From an uncultured Candidatus Poseidoniales archaeon (lineage in GTDB: Archaea; Thermoplasmatota; Poseidoniia; Poseidoniales; CAYMED01), in assembly GCA_964389655.1 (NCBI GenBank), contig CAYMED010000009.1, forward strand, positions 1 through 64,000: DNA of 64,000 nucleotides, in the 5' to 3' direction. Both the position numbers and the translations under genes were made by a program. Numbering within the stretch: the stretch's first letter is position 1; every line of letters begins with the position of its first letter. Below the pieces are notes generated by a model, which was given only the letters and a program-made list of their open reading frames with translations, was not told the DNA's origin and searched no databases. Positions 24,443-34,400 of this stretch are shown piece after piece.

Positions 24443-27046
24443 ATGATGGGTAGTGGGAAAGGGCCCCCTTATGTGCAGGCATATGGTCGGGTTGTTGTGG
24501 GAGGGAGTGGTGCTGAGCAAGCACGGCGGTCGATCCGATTCGCAATCGCAGTAGTCATTGCATGGGGGGTACTAACGACTGCATCGATTGTGTATTTAAC
24601 AGGAAACCCGATAACCTTCACAACCCACATGGGAGACTTCCGCCCAGACGGAGATGCCACTCAAGCATCTGAGCGCATGATTGAGCAACATGGCGAAGAA
24701 CGGCGACCTCTGTTCATATATGCCACAAATCCAAGTGGAAATGTGCTATCCTGGGACGCGGTAATTCAGCAACTTGATGCTGCACGTGAATTGGAATCTT
24801 CTGAACCAAATACTACAGTCTTGTCAATACCAACACTCCTCGATGATCTATCTGTATCACAAGCCTCTGCCAATCTAAGAAATTGGTCAAGTTGGGCAGA
24901 ATTTCTTGACGCCATTGCTGATCCATCAGATGGTTGTAGCGGAGGCGACATAGGACAAACCCTTCTATCAGAGGCTGGTTTTGTGCAAAATTCACTCGTC
25001 TCTTCGGATCTTGATATCAGTTCGACGTGTGACCATCTTGAGGGAAGAGCGACTGCTGGAAGTAATGCTGCACCCATTGCACGAGGCACGGTATGGGTCA
25101 TTGAATTTGAGAAAGATTCTGAAAAAATGGGCGATAAACACGCAAGAATCCGGGGCATGTTGGATGACATAAATTCTACCAAGGACTTGGTAATTCAATC
25201 AACATCCCTTGACCTAGTCACCCATGATGTCGACGAAGAGGCGCGCAGAGATGCCGTACGATTGATCATATTATGTGGAATGAGTGTGACCATTGTCCTT
25301 ATTTTGGCATTTCGAAGGTTTGTCGATGTCCTAGTTCCGATCTTCGCACTTTCATCGTCATTAGCACTGATCTATACCGTATTGTCATTAATTGGATCAC
25401 CATTCACCGTGCTTGAAATCGCTGTTGCACCACTTGTTGTTGGTTTGGGGATTGACGCTGCAATTCACATGCAACGAGAACGCCGTGGGGAGGAAAAGGA
25501 ACTTGCAGCTGAACAAGCTTGGACAAACACGCTTGAAACACTCTCTGTGCCACTTTCCCTAGCGGCATTGACAACTATGGCAGCATTTCTTTCTGCACTT
25601 GCGTCAAATATTCCTGCCCTGCGTTGGTTTGGTATTGCTTCTGCAATTGGTGTTGCAATTGCATTTACTGGTTCGACAATCCTCCTTGCCTCATTGCATA
25701 CACTCATAGAACACGTAACTTCGAAAGACCATAGACCTAGGGAGAAAAGTAGAAAGACGAACAAGAGCATCACTGCTTTTGCCACAGTACTAACCAAAGA
25801 TCGGGCAAGGTCATTGGGAATTATTGCACTAATCACCGTTGGTGCACTTGCAGGAAGCTTGAGCTTAGATCGAAAATTTGACCTTGGTGACTTTCTTGAT
25901 CCTGACCTTGCAGTCATGAAAGCCCGCACTGATTTACGGGCAAATGTGGATTCAGGAAGTTGGCGAGTAGCATACCTCTTCGTCGAAAGTACAAATGACG
26001 GAGGAATTGATGCATCTACCCTCCTCCATGAGTTGGAGATACTGGATGATCGCGTGGATTCAGTACCTCATGTAGTTGGAGCAAGAGGAATAGGTGGTTC
26101 GACTGCGGCCTATGAAGGGCTTTGGCCATTGCTTACTGATGCTGTCGAACGAATAGACGGTTTCGGGAACAAGTACGGACTTAGTTTGACAGGTGATGGG
26201 CGCTTGCGAACACCCCAATTGAGCAATAACCAATTATCTTCCGCAGTAGAAGAAATTGGTAATACAACAACGAACCCTCACCCTGCCAGAGGTGATTGGG
26301 ATGATCGCGTCCAAAAAGCGGTAAAATTCAATCCGAGCGGTGGAATTTCGTCAGTTCGTCTAGAACTGATCCTTTCTACTTCCGATAGCACAGAAGATGC
26401 CGAAGCAGTTAGTGGCTTGAATAAGTTAGTCGAGGAAACTAAACAAGTTTTGGGAAATGATGCCACAGTAACACCTTTGGGCGAAATTGTTGAACAAACT
26501 GAAATCCTTGATCGAATTACAGCCTCACAATTAGTATCCACCTTGATTTCACTCGGTGTAGCCCTCCTAGTTCTACTTCTCCTAACAAGAAGGCTTTGGC
26601 CTGCAATTATGGTCGTCATCCCGGTTGGTGTTTGTGCCCTGTGGGTCGCTGGAAGCATGGCACTACTCGGCCTTGATTGGAATGTGCTAACGGTCATGGT
26701 CACCGCATTATCCATCGGATTGGGAATCGACTACTCAATCCACATTTGGCGCCGCTTTGAAACTGTGTATCGCAATATGAAAGACCCGAAAGAGGCGATA
26801 ATTAAGACCATTGAGACAACGGGGGCAGCACTTGGCTTATCTGCTGCAACAACGGTTGCGGGATTTGCGGTCCTCTTGCTATCACCTATGCCACTTGTAG
26901 GAGATTTCGGAATGATCACGGGGATCGCTGCTGTTTGGGCGTTTGTGTTAGCCATGACACTGTTGCCAATACTCCTAGTTGAAGATGCTGCAAGATCTTC
27001 TAATGGACTGGGAAATCAGTCCAAGAATGAGGGAAAAGAGGCATAG
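24443..27046 (+). CDS. MMPL/RND superfamily transporter
   Basis: Duplicated 1+5 TM architecture with GLGIDAAIH and GLGIDYSIH motifs. Confidence 0.92.
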   Translation: MMGSGKGPPYVQAYGRVVVGGSGAEQARRSIRFAIAVVIAWGVLTTASIVYLTGNPITFTTHMGDFRPDGDATQASERMIEQHGEERRPLFIYATNPSGNVLSWDAVIQQLDAARELESSEPNTTVLSIPTLLDDLSVSQASANLRNWSSWAEFLDAIADPSDGCSGGDIGQTLLSEAGFVQNSLVSSDLDISSTCDHLEGRATAGSNAAPIARGTVWVIEFEKDSEKMGDKHARIRGMLDDINSTKDLVIQSTSLDLVTHDVDEEARRDAVRLIILCGMSVTIVLILAFRRFVDVLVPIFALSSSLALIYTVLSLIGSPFTVLEIAVAPLVVGLGIDAAIHMQRERRGEEKELAAEQAWTNTLETLSVPLSLAALTTMAAFLSALASNIPALRWFGIASAIGVAIAFTGSTILLASLHTLIEHVTSKDHRPREKSRKTNKSITAFATVLTKDRARSLGIIALITVGALAGSLSLDRKFDLGDFLDPDLAVMKARTDLRANVDSGSWRVAYLFVESTNDGGIDASTLLHELEILDDRVDSVPHVVGARGIGGSTAAYEGLWPLLTDAVERIDGFGNKYGLSLTGDGRLRTPQLSNNQLSSAVEEIGNTTTNPHPARGDWDDRVQKAVKFNPSGGISSVRLELILSTSDSTEDAEAVSGLNKLVEETKQVLGNDATVTPLGEIVEQTEILDRITASQLVSTLISLGVALLVLLLLTRRLWPAIMVVIPVGVCALWVAGSMALLGLDWNVLTVMVTALSIGLGIDYSIHIWRRFETVYRNMKDPKEAIIKTIETTGAALGLSAATTVAGFAVLLLSPMPLVGDFGMITGIAAVWAFVLAMTLLPILLVEDAARSSNGLGNQSKNEGKEA

Positions 27047-27582
27047 ATCGGGTCAAGGTCAATCGCCTGCTCACACGCAACAAGAAGCAAACAGATCCAT
27101 GATGTTGCTGGCCCAAGTGCAGAGCGTTTGCGGCGAGCTCGGCGAGCGACTTCCCTCAATGAGATCCCCGCTGACAACGAAATGTGCTGCATTAGCTGGA
27201 AGTCAACATCCACATTTATTTCATCGGCCGACCGGGTCATGCTCTTTTCATCGGGCCTGCGATTGACGATTGAGTTCTCCTCTAGCACTGATTTTGATGG
27301 CAATAATGGAGGCGAGCAATCAAGAATTGAAGAGAGGTCTGGCTGCCAACCAGGTGGAGCTGTTACTCCACTTGTAACTACAGCAATACGTACATTATCC
27401 GCCTCTTCAATCAACCATTCAGCCTCAATCAAACTAGTCATTGCCAATTCACTCTCTGACCTCGAAAGCCAGCCAAGGTCTAGCACCCATCGACGAATGA
27501 GGTCACCTCGGCATATCGGATCACTTCCCAAATCTGACATTGACGCAGCAAGTAATCTTTGAACTGCGAGATCTGATGCCAT
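27016..27582 (-). CDS. DUF2240-like archaeal protein
   Basis: WVLDLGWLS..E...L and P.GWQPD pattern typical of the family. Confidence 0.6.
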   Translation of the reverse strand: MASDLAVQRLLAASMSDLGSDPICRGDLIRRWVLDLGWLSRSESELAMTSLIEAEWLIEEADNVRIAVVTSGVTAPPGWQPDLSSILDCSPPLLPSKSVLEENSIVNRRPDEKSMTRSADEINVDVDFQLMQHISLSAGISLREVARRARRKRSALGPATSWICLLLVACEQAIDLDPIYASFPSFLD

Positions 27583-28172
27583 TAAGCGTCACCCACTAAT
27601 TCCTCATGGATGATGGCCCAAGAAGCAGGGCAAAGCGTGCCAGTTTCTACGCGACATCCTTCTGCAGGGGCAAGATGCCATTCCCATGAACACACCGCAT
27701 TAGAACCAGCTAAATCAAAGAATTTCGTCATCACCCCATTATGTCGAGTAACAAGAAGAAGATGGGATGGCACAATTTCTCTAAGATTTTCAAGGTGCCC
27801 TAGAATCATTGGAATATCCTTTGGCAACTCCTGGAGAGAATTTTCCAAGACAAGCCGCGTCACAACTTTTGAACTCACTGCATGAGCGAGGCCGAGTTCA
27901 CGGATTTCAGAGCGACTATCTATGGTAACACGATCAAAACCCAGCATGAATGCATCCAAAACAGACTCGTGTTTCATTGACCCCATATCTAATAGGATAT
28001 CTCGCTGCGATGGGTTGAGAGATTTCAGATGTTCAACTGGGAGGTTCTTGTCTGATGGAGATCGTATCTCGATATGCAGCGGCACATGATCCAGCCGCGA
28101 GTCGAAAGGTGATAGAAAACCCGGAAAGAGGCCCTCTCTGCCGAGTACGAAGCGCGCTCGATCAAGCACCAT
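27582..28172 (-). CDS. Hypothetical protein, possibly degenerate HisA/HisF-like TIM barrel
   Basis: GGTGA RBS, translational coupling to next gene; LLDMG..VLDAFMLGFDRVTI resembles a HisA segment. Confidence 0.45.
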   Translation of the reverse strand: MVLDRARFVLGREGLFPGFLSPFDSRLDHVPLHIEIRSPSDKNLPVEHLKSLNPSQRDILLDMGSMKHESVLDAFMLGFDRVTIDSRSEIRELGLAHAVSSKVVTRLVLENSLQELPKDIPMILGHLENLREIVPSHLLLVTRHNGVMTKFFDLAGSNAVCSWEWHLAPAEGCRVETGTLCPASWAIIHEELVGDA

Positions 28173-28210
28173 ATCACCCTTGAAGAGGCACTAGGTGGTG
28201 ATATGCTTTC

Positions 28211-28248
28211 GTAATACATTATGAAATACAAACGTATTACATTATATA
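28211..28248 (+). promoter_or_regulatory. Inverted-repeat operator plus TATA box upstream of RHH gene
   Basis: GTAATAC(28211-28217)-N16-GTATTAC(28234-28240); direct repeat TACATTAT x2; TTATATA at 28242-28248, about 25 nt before ATG 28273. Confidence 0.6.
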
Positions 28249-28272
28249 CTGGGACCCTTCCTCCGAATTTAC

Positions 28273-28641
28273 ATGACAGAAGCACGGACGCTCGTGTCCC
28301 TCCGCCTTGATGAGGCAATTCTTGGGGGAGTGGATGCGCAAATCGGTGTGGATGGCATGCGTTCTCGAAGCGACGTTATCCGGACTGTGCTCGATAAATG
28401 GCTAGATACTAAGCCAAGCACACCAGGTGTCCACAGCGTCAGTGTCGAATTTGGAACGGAGATGGCATTCATTCTCGGGCAAGTCCATCAGAGACTAGGC
28501 CATTCCCCACAAGAACTCATCAAACTCGCAGTCCGCGAGTATGTCGAACGAGAGGTCATTCGGATCCGGGAAATCTCGGACCAATGGGCCGACCTCTCTA
28601 GACCAGGATACGATCCAAGTCAAGAGCGCCCTACAGAATAG
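28273..28641 (+). CDS. Ribbon-helix-helix (CopG/Arc/MetJ) DNA-binding protein, probably tandem RHH
   Basis: LVSLRLDE...SRSDVIRTVLDKWL and a second VSVEF...SPQELIKLAVREYV. Confidence 0.8.
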   Translation: MTEARTLVSLRLDEAILGGVDAQIGVDGMRSRSDVIRTVLDKWLDTKPSTPGVHSVSVEFGTEMAFILGQVHQRLGHSPQELIKLAVREYVEREVIRIREISDQWADLSRPGYDPSQERPTE

Positions 28642-28677
28642 GTGAGAGCATGGCGTCGAGGGAGATGGGATGCAATC

Positions 28678-28820
28678 GGGCGGGGGGAGATAATCCCCCT
28701 CGCCCACCTCCATCATACAATTCATTTCTGCGCCTTCGTATGCGAATGCACTTATCCAGTGTCACCATGGATGCGTCAAACGATATCTCAACCTCCCGAT
28801 CTGATAAAGATCGGGAGGTT
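28678..28820. other. Two GC-rich hairpins sharing an identical GATAA loop
   Basis: 28678-28705 (11 bp with one bulge) and 28790-28820 (perfect 13-bp stem AACCTCCCGATCT/AGATCGGGAGGTT). Confidence 0.75.
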
Positions 28821-28898
28821 CACACCCCCCCTTAATTGGAACTTTGCGGAGTCAAAGCATCGGATTGCTCAAGGCCCCCCTACCACCGCTACAATTTT

Positions 28899-30935
28899 GT
28901 GAGTGATTTGACCGAAGCGGCCATTCAAGAGCCGTGGTTCCCGCATGAGGCACCAAGAGTCGGCCAAGCAGACTTGATTGCTGAATGTGAGAGTGTATTT
29001 GAGGAAAAAGAATCACTTGTCGCTTGTGCCCCTACCGGAATTGGAAAAACAGCAGCTGCCCTAACCGCAGCGATTCGAGTCGCCCGGAGAAGTGTTGAAC
29101 CAAAGCGCATTCTATTCCTGACCAGCAGGCAATCGCAACACCGCATCGCAGTCGATACGATACGTGCAATAAACGAAGTGCGTCCATCTGGACAATATCC
29201 AGTCACATCCGCAGACATTCTTGGGCAGAAATCGATGTGTGTCCGCTCAATTCGCAATGAGCATCCTGCCTTATTCAGCCGAATTTGCGCTGAAGATCGA
29301 CGTACGAGAAGATGTCAGCCCTTTCTTGAGCGAGATGAAAATCTCGATGATCGAATTCGGTTGTCGAGAATGCACGCTGAAGAAATCGTTACAGAAGGTA
29401 TGAATCATCAATTAGGTAACAAACCTGCACCGATCTGTGGTTGGCGATTAGCGCGAGATGCTGCTTCCAAGGTAGATGTGGTCATTGGCGACTACAACCA
29501 TTTGTTTCAGGAAAAAGTGAGAGAAGCATCCATGGATGCTATGGGAATCGACCTACAGAACACATTTCTGATCATAGATGAGGCGCACAACCTACCTGAG
29601 AGGATTAGGAGAGGAATGCGGCGTACCCTAAGCCCTGATCTACTACGAGATGCGAGAAATGAGGTTGAAGGAGAAATAAGGGGAAAGAAAAGTACAGTTT
29701 CACAAGGAAAACATGATGAAAAATTGGCAAATTTAAGGCACTTATCCGAGGTTATTCGCCGCTGGCGGCAAGAGATCAGCAATTGGATGAGGAACCGAAA
29801 TAAGTCCAACGATAGTGAAATTCGAGTAGAGGCAATTGAAGTCCTTGGAACACTCGATGTATTGCTAGAACAAAACCTCTCACAAATGGGATCTTGGACC
29901 CGCAATGGCTTGCTCGATGAACTTACAGCAATCCAGATCCACTCTGATGATGCAGATGAGGACATTTCAGCATGTGAGAGGCTTTCCGACGTGATCCAAC
30001 TCCTCATACGCTGGGAATCCTCCACAGCCTTGGCCGCTATTTTGAGCACATCTGATGGCGAATCTCAATTATCAACGCAGCGCATCATCACACACCTTCT
30101 AGACCCTGGCCTCGTTGCGGGACCCATACTTCGAGAAGCTGCTGGTGCCGTATTAATGTCGGGCACACTTCTCCCGCCAAAAATGTACGCTAGAGAGCTT
30201 GGAATTGAGGATTCGAGGACGATTATCTGCAAATCCCCATTTGACGCTGTACGACGCCCAGTCATCGTTGCAACAGATGTGACAACGAGATATGCACGAA
30301 GAGATGACTCCATGATGTGGCGAATTACTGGTCACATTGAATCCCTGCTGGAACATGCACCGGGGCACATAGCCATTTTCGCGCCATCATATGTTCTTCT
30401 AGAACAGGTGGTCGAATGTGGAGGCTGGCACGGGAGAAACATGATCGTTGAAGATGCGGGATGGGGTAAATCTGAAGCAGATCTCGTTTTAGATAAACTT
30501 GCCAAAGCGCGTACGTTAGGGGAGAAATCCATCGTTTTCGGAACATACGGTGGGCGTCTTGCCGAAGGAATAGACTATCGAGATAACCTATTATGTTCTG
30601 TTGTATGCATTGGCATTCCAATCCCCCCACCATCAGTACATGGAGATGCATTGAGAACCTACATCGAAAGCCAAACCAGTTCAACCAATTCATGGAAAGA
30701 TGTGGTTGTACAGCCAGCCATCAATCGAGTTAGGCAGGCCATGGGGCGAGCTATCCGAAAGGCGGAAGATCGAGCACTTATCCTCCTGCTAGATGAGCGA
30801 CATAGAGGAGGTCTTGAACGATCCTGCCATGGAGACGCAGAATTGCACATTGAAAGCCGTGATGCCAAAAGCACTGCAAAAATGGCACACCGATTCTTTG
30901 CCCGCCATCCCGAAGAAGAAGCGACGAAGCCATGA
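28899..30935 (+). CDS. Rad3/XPD/DinG-family Fe-S DNA helicase
   Basis: Q motif PRVGQ, APTGIGKT, four Fe-S Cys, IIDEAHN, MSGTL, EGID, QAMGRAIR, LLDER; likely GTG start 28899. Confidence 0.92.
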   Translation: MSDLTEAAIQEPWFPHEAPRVGQADLIAECESVFEEKESLVACAPTGIGKTAAALTAAIRVARRSVEPKRILFLTSRQSQHRIAVDTIRAINEVRPSGQYPVTSADILGQKSMCVRSIRNEHPALFSRICAEDRRTRRCQPFLERDENLDDRIRLSRMHAEEIVTEGMNHQLGNKPAPICGWRLARDAASKVDVVIGDYNHLFQEKVREASMDAMGIDLQNTFLIIDEAHNLPERIRRGMRRTLSPDLLRDARNEVEGEIRGKKSTVSQGKHDEKLANLRHLSEVIRRWRQEISNWMRNRNKSNDSEIRVEAIEVLGTLDVLLEQNLSQMGSWTRNGLLDELTAIQIHSDDADEDISACERLSDVIQLLIRWESSTALAAILSTSDGESQLSTQRIITHLLDPGLVAGPILREAAGAVLMSGTLLPPKMYARELGIEDSRTIICKSPFDAVRRPVIVATDVTTRYARRDDSMMWRITGHIESLLEHAPGHIAIFAPSYVLLEQVVECGGWHGRNMIVEDAGWGKSEADLVLDKLAKARTLGEKSIVFGTYGGRLAEGIDYRDNLLCSVVCIGIPIPPPSVHGDALRTYIESQTSSTNSWKDVVVQPAINRVRQAMGRAIRKAEDRALILLLDERHRGGLERSCHGDAELHIESRDAKSTAKMAHRFFARHPEEEATKP

Positions 30936-30966
30936 GGGATGCCCTCATCGCAGACCCGGGGAGACC

Positions 30967-31410
30967 GTGGAAGAAGTCAAGATTGGGCTATTGGAGGAGG
31001 AAGAGTCGACGCCAATGGACGTCCTAGGACTTTCGATGAGTGCACCTGAACTGCATGCTGCGTTTGAGCAATCAAGTGAGCACCTCTTCCAGGCACGAAA
31101 TAGTCACCTGGACACTGCAATTGGAATCCCATCGGTTAATCCAAATATAGGCATACGAGGACTTTCCGGATTAGTATCTGATCTTCATGGAAAGTTTGAG
31201 AGTGGAAATGCTCTCCTCCAAATAGGGATGTTATCCCTTGACGATATCCGCATGAGCATCGACCGCACTGAAAGGTGGCTCAAAGTAGAACTTGGCACTG
31301 ACAAACTCACTGCGATTAACAGAGACCTATACTGGAGCGAAGATACTCGCTTCAAAGGCGCATCTTGGGCACCCGGAAAACTAAACATATCGTGGGAAAA
31401 GGTCAGTTAG
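30967..31410 (+). CDS. Hypothetical protein
   Basis: Fills the gap after the helicase; likely GTG start at 30967 because the ORF-track start (30793) overlaps the helicase. Confidence 0.55.
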   Translation: MEEVKIGLLEEEESTPMDVLGLSMSAPELHAAFEQSSEHLFQARNSHLDTAIGIPSVNPNIGIRGLSGLVSDLHGKFESGNALLQIGMLSLDDIRMSIDRTERWLKVELGTDKLTAINRDLYWSEDTRFKGASWAPGKLNISWEKVS

Positions 31411-31412
31411 GA

Positions 31413-34400
31413 CTAGCGTGAAGGCACGCCTCCAGCATCCATCCCGTCGATTTCGTCGACGACATCCTTGAGCGAAGATCGTGCTTGCTCAAAGTCACTC
31501 CTCAGCATCTCATGTTTCGAATATCGGGCTTCTTCAAACATGCGATCTAATGCGATCAATGAGTCCTCCTTAATGGGTAATGCCTTGCGAATTGCCAACT
31601 CAAATTCACGTACTGTTTCAAAATCACGACGCAAGAAGCGGTGCCGCATTAGGACGATACACATTTGCTCATAGCAGTTGAAAATCGCCTCACGGATATC
31701 ATCGCCCGAAGCAAGTAATTCTGCGGTATATGACATGATATCGCCAAGTTCACTTGCAACATTTGACCGACGTTTCTTGAGAATCCGAGCCGCTGCATAA
31801 CCAATGACTCCAAGGACAATTACCGCTGCTGCAGCCCATCGCTCAGGGTGTGTTTCAGGCGGAGGACTTTCAACGACAACAGGACTATTACGCCCGGCTG
31901 CATCAAGGAAAAATCGAGATGTTTTTGCAATTCTTTGATCCTCTGAATCGATACTCAACCTGAGATCATACATTGGATGGCTGTAAGGGGGTGATGCTGT
32001 TTCACCAAAGAGGAAGGAGGCTGAGCCAGCTGCATCGGTCGCGTAGGTCTTCGTAATGTTCCATGGTTCCACAGTAGACTCATTTGAAAGTCGGACGATC
32101 AACTCAAATCCTGAAATGGGTTCACCAGTGTCATTTGCTGTTAGAATCACACGACCTCTGATCGTCATTTCTTCAGGATTTGTACTTGCATGGACTACCT
32201 TCTCAACGATAATCTGGTAATCCACTTTGAACTGAATGAACGTGCAGTCGCCTCGACTGACGGAACCACTAATTCCTGAGTCCTCACATTCTTGCGGTTT
32301 AACCGTGTAATTTGCAGGCCTCAAATATTGTGAAGCATCGCCTGCAAAGTGCAACTCATAAGCTAGGTACGTACTATTCATTGCAATCCATTCTGGAGCA
32401 ATAGCAACGATGCTGAAACGGTCTGCTAGCCAAGTCGCATTATCGATAGAGTCCAATGCCAAACCCCAACTCTCCAATCTGATAGGGACATCTGAGATCG
32501 GAGATTCATTACCACCTACCTCGCTAATTCGTCCAGTTACCCGCAAAGGAGCGCCAGGGTCAGATCTTACAACTTGTGGATTGATGGATTCAATATCGTC
32601 AAAAGAGACGTATGCCCATACGATTCCAGTCATGTTTGAGTGCGTCGCAAGAAGAGTCACATTTCCTAGATGTTCAACTGTTAGTACGTGCTCTCCACGT
32701 GTGGTCAATTGCGTGGTACGAACCCAAAGGTCAATGGTCCCATTTTCACCGGTTTCTGGGTTGTTAATCACAAATCCAGTCGAATCAACGGGAATAATCA
32801 GTTCACCATCTAGGCGCACGACGAGGGGGCGGTTCTCTAGGGGGCTATTTGCAGCATCAAGATCTCGTAAGGTTCCCGTGATATGCCACCACTGACCTCG
32901 ATCAATATCTGCTGAATCAAGGTTGAAGGTAATTTCAGTCTTGTGTGCCACGATCACTTGAACCGATACCGAAGCCGCACGGTACCAGCCCTGTTGAGTT
33001 GCATTGATGAATGCAATATGAGTTCCTGAAGCCATTCCTTCAGGAATCACCAAATCAATGCTCCAATTTCGGTCTGAAACATCGATTGTCTTAGTTACAC
33101 CTGCAAAATGGACTTCAAGCGTGTAATTACTAGGTCCAGCCCAATAAGATTGAATCGGTTGCCCAACATTATCACCAACAGTCCCTACTAATCTAAGCGA
33201 TTCACCAATCGCCAGCGCTTGGCTTGGCCCATCAGCAGTCAAAGCGACTGGAGAAAATATTGTCCAGTTATTCTCATCCTGTGACCCCAAATGGTATCCA
33301 TTTTGCAGATAAATGATAATGAGGCGAGCATCACCTAGTTGTTGTGTCGAGGACACAACACTTTGGAAGGCGAAGTTACCAGAAGCATCTGTGGTAGTTG
33401 TATCAATGAGATCTCCGGGATTGGTATCTCCGAGGTAAATTTGAAGAGTTGCTCCTGCAATTTGACGACCAAATTCATCCACTAGTGTCCCATTGGCATA
33501 AAAGAAATCCCCTCGGTCGACACTTGCACTTTCGGAGGTAATGCTGAGGAATGTCCGAATATGAACATCAAAGACATCTGATGCATTAGATTTGAGGTGG
33601 TATTCAGGATTATCGATATCTCCACTAGAATATGGGGTTTCATGAATGTAGCCTCCAAGGAAACGAACATCGACTGTGATTGGGCCAGGTTGAGTATCTA
33701 ATGGAATTAGATAATCAAAACTAAATGCGCCAGTAGAGGAATTAGAGCGCGCCACAAGTCCTGTATCAACGCCATCAATCCAAAGGTGAAGGAGTGCATC
33801 TGACTGGTTATGTGAATCTTCAGCATCGAGAAGAAGATTACCATGCTCATCAAAGATATGTCCCGAAATGGTAACACTTTCATTTGCAATCGCGAGAGTT
33901 GGCATGGGGTCAAGTTGAATTGATGTAGGTACAAGAACAAGCACAGTAGTGGTACCTTGTGACCCATCTAATCCATCAGCACCATTCGACCCATTCCACC
34001 AAGTCATGATGGTGAGTGAGCCCGCCTTTGTAACATTGGGGAGAGGGATCGTAATCGATACACGACCGGAAAGGTCTGTAGTACCATTTAGAACCATTTC
34101 CTCACCATCTGCCAAAGAGACATTGACTTGTACATCCGAAAGAGGATCACCAGCATTGTCTCGCAAGGTGATATTCACCGAAATGTTTTGTCCACGCACG
34201 TAGCGATGAACACCACCATCGAGTGGATCAAGGAATGCAATCGTCGTATACCCCCTATTTTGGAAAGTGGTCCCATTGGTCTGCGTTGTGAGATAATTTG
34301 TCACGGCGGGAGTAGTAACTGAAATCCAGTGTGTACCATTCTTCAGATCATTAGGAAGAGTAATTGTCAGATTAAAGCGATCTCCATCATTGCCAAACAG

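Noticed and set aside
28650-28835. 61-aa ORF with a GGTGA RBS-like sequence
   Set aside because: No recognisable motif and it overlaps strong hairpins; not listed as a CDS, though not excluded.
28642-28898. SRP RNA or RNase P RNA in the structured gap
   Set aside because: The conserved SRP helix-8 and RNase P P4 (GAGGAAAGUCC) sequences were not found by eye on either strand.
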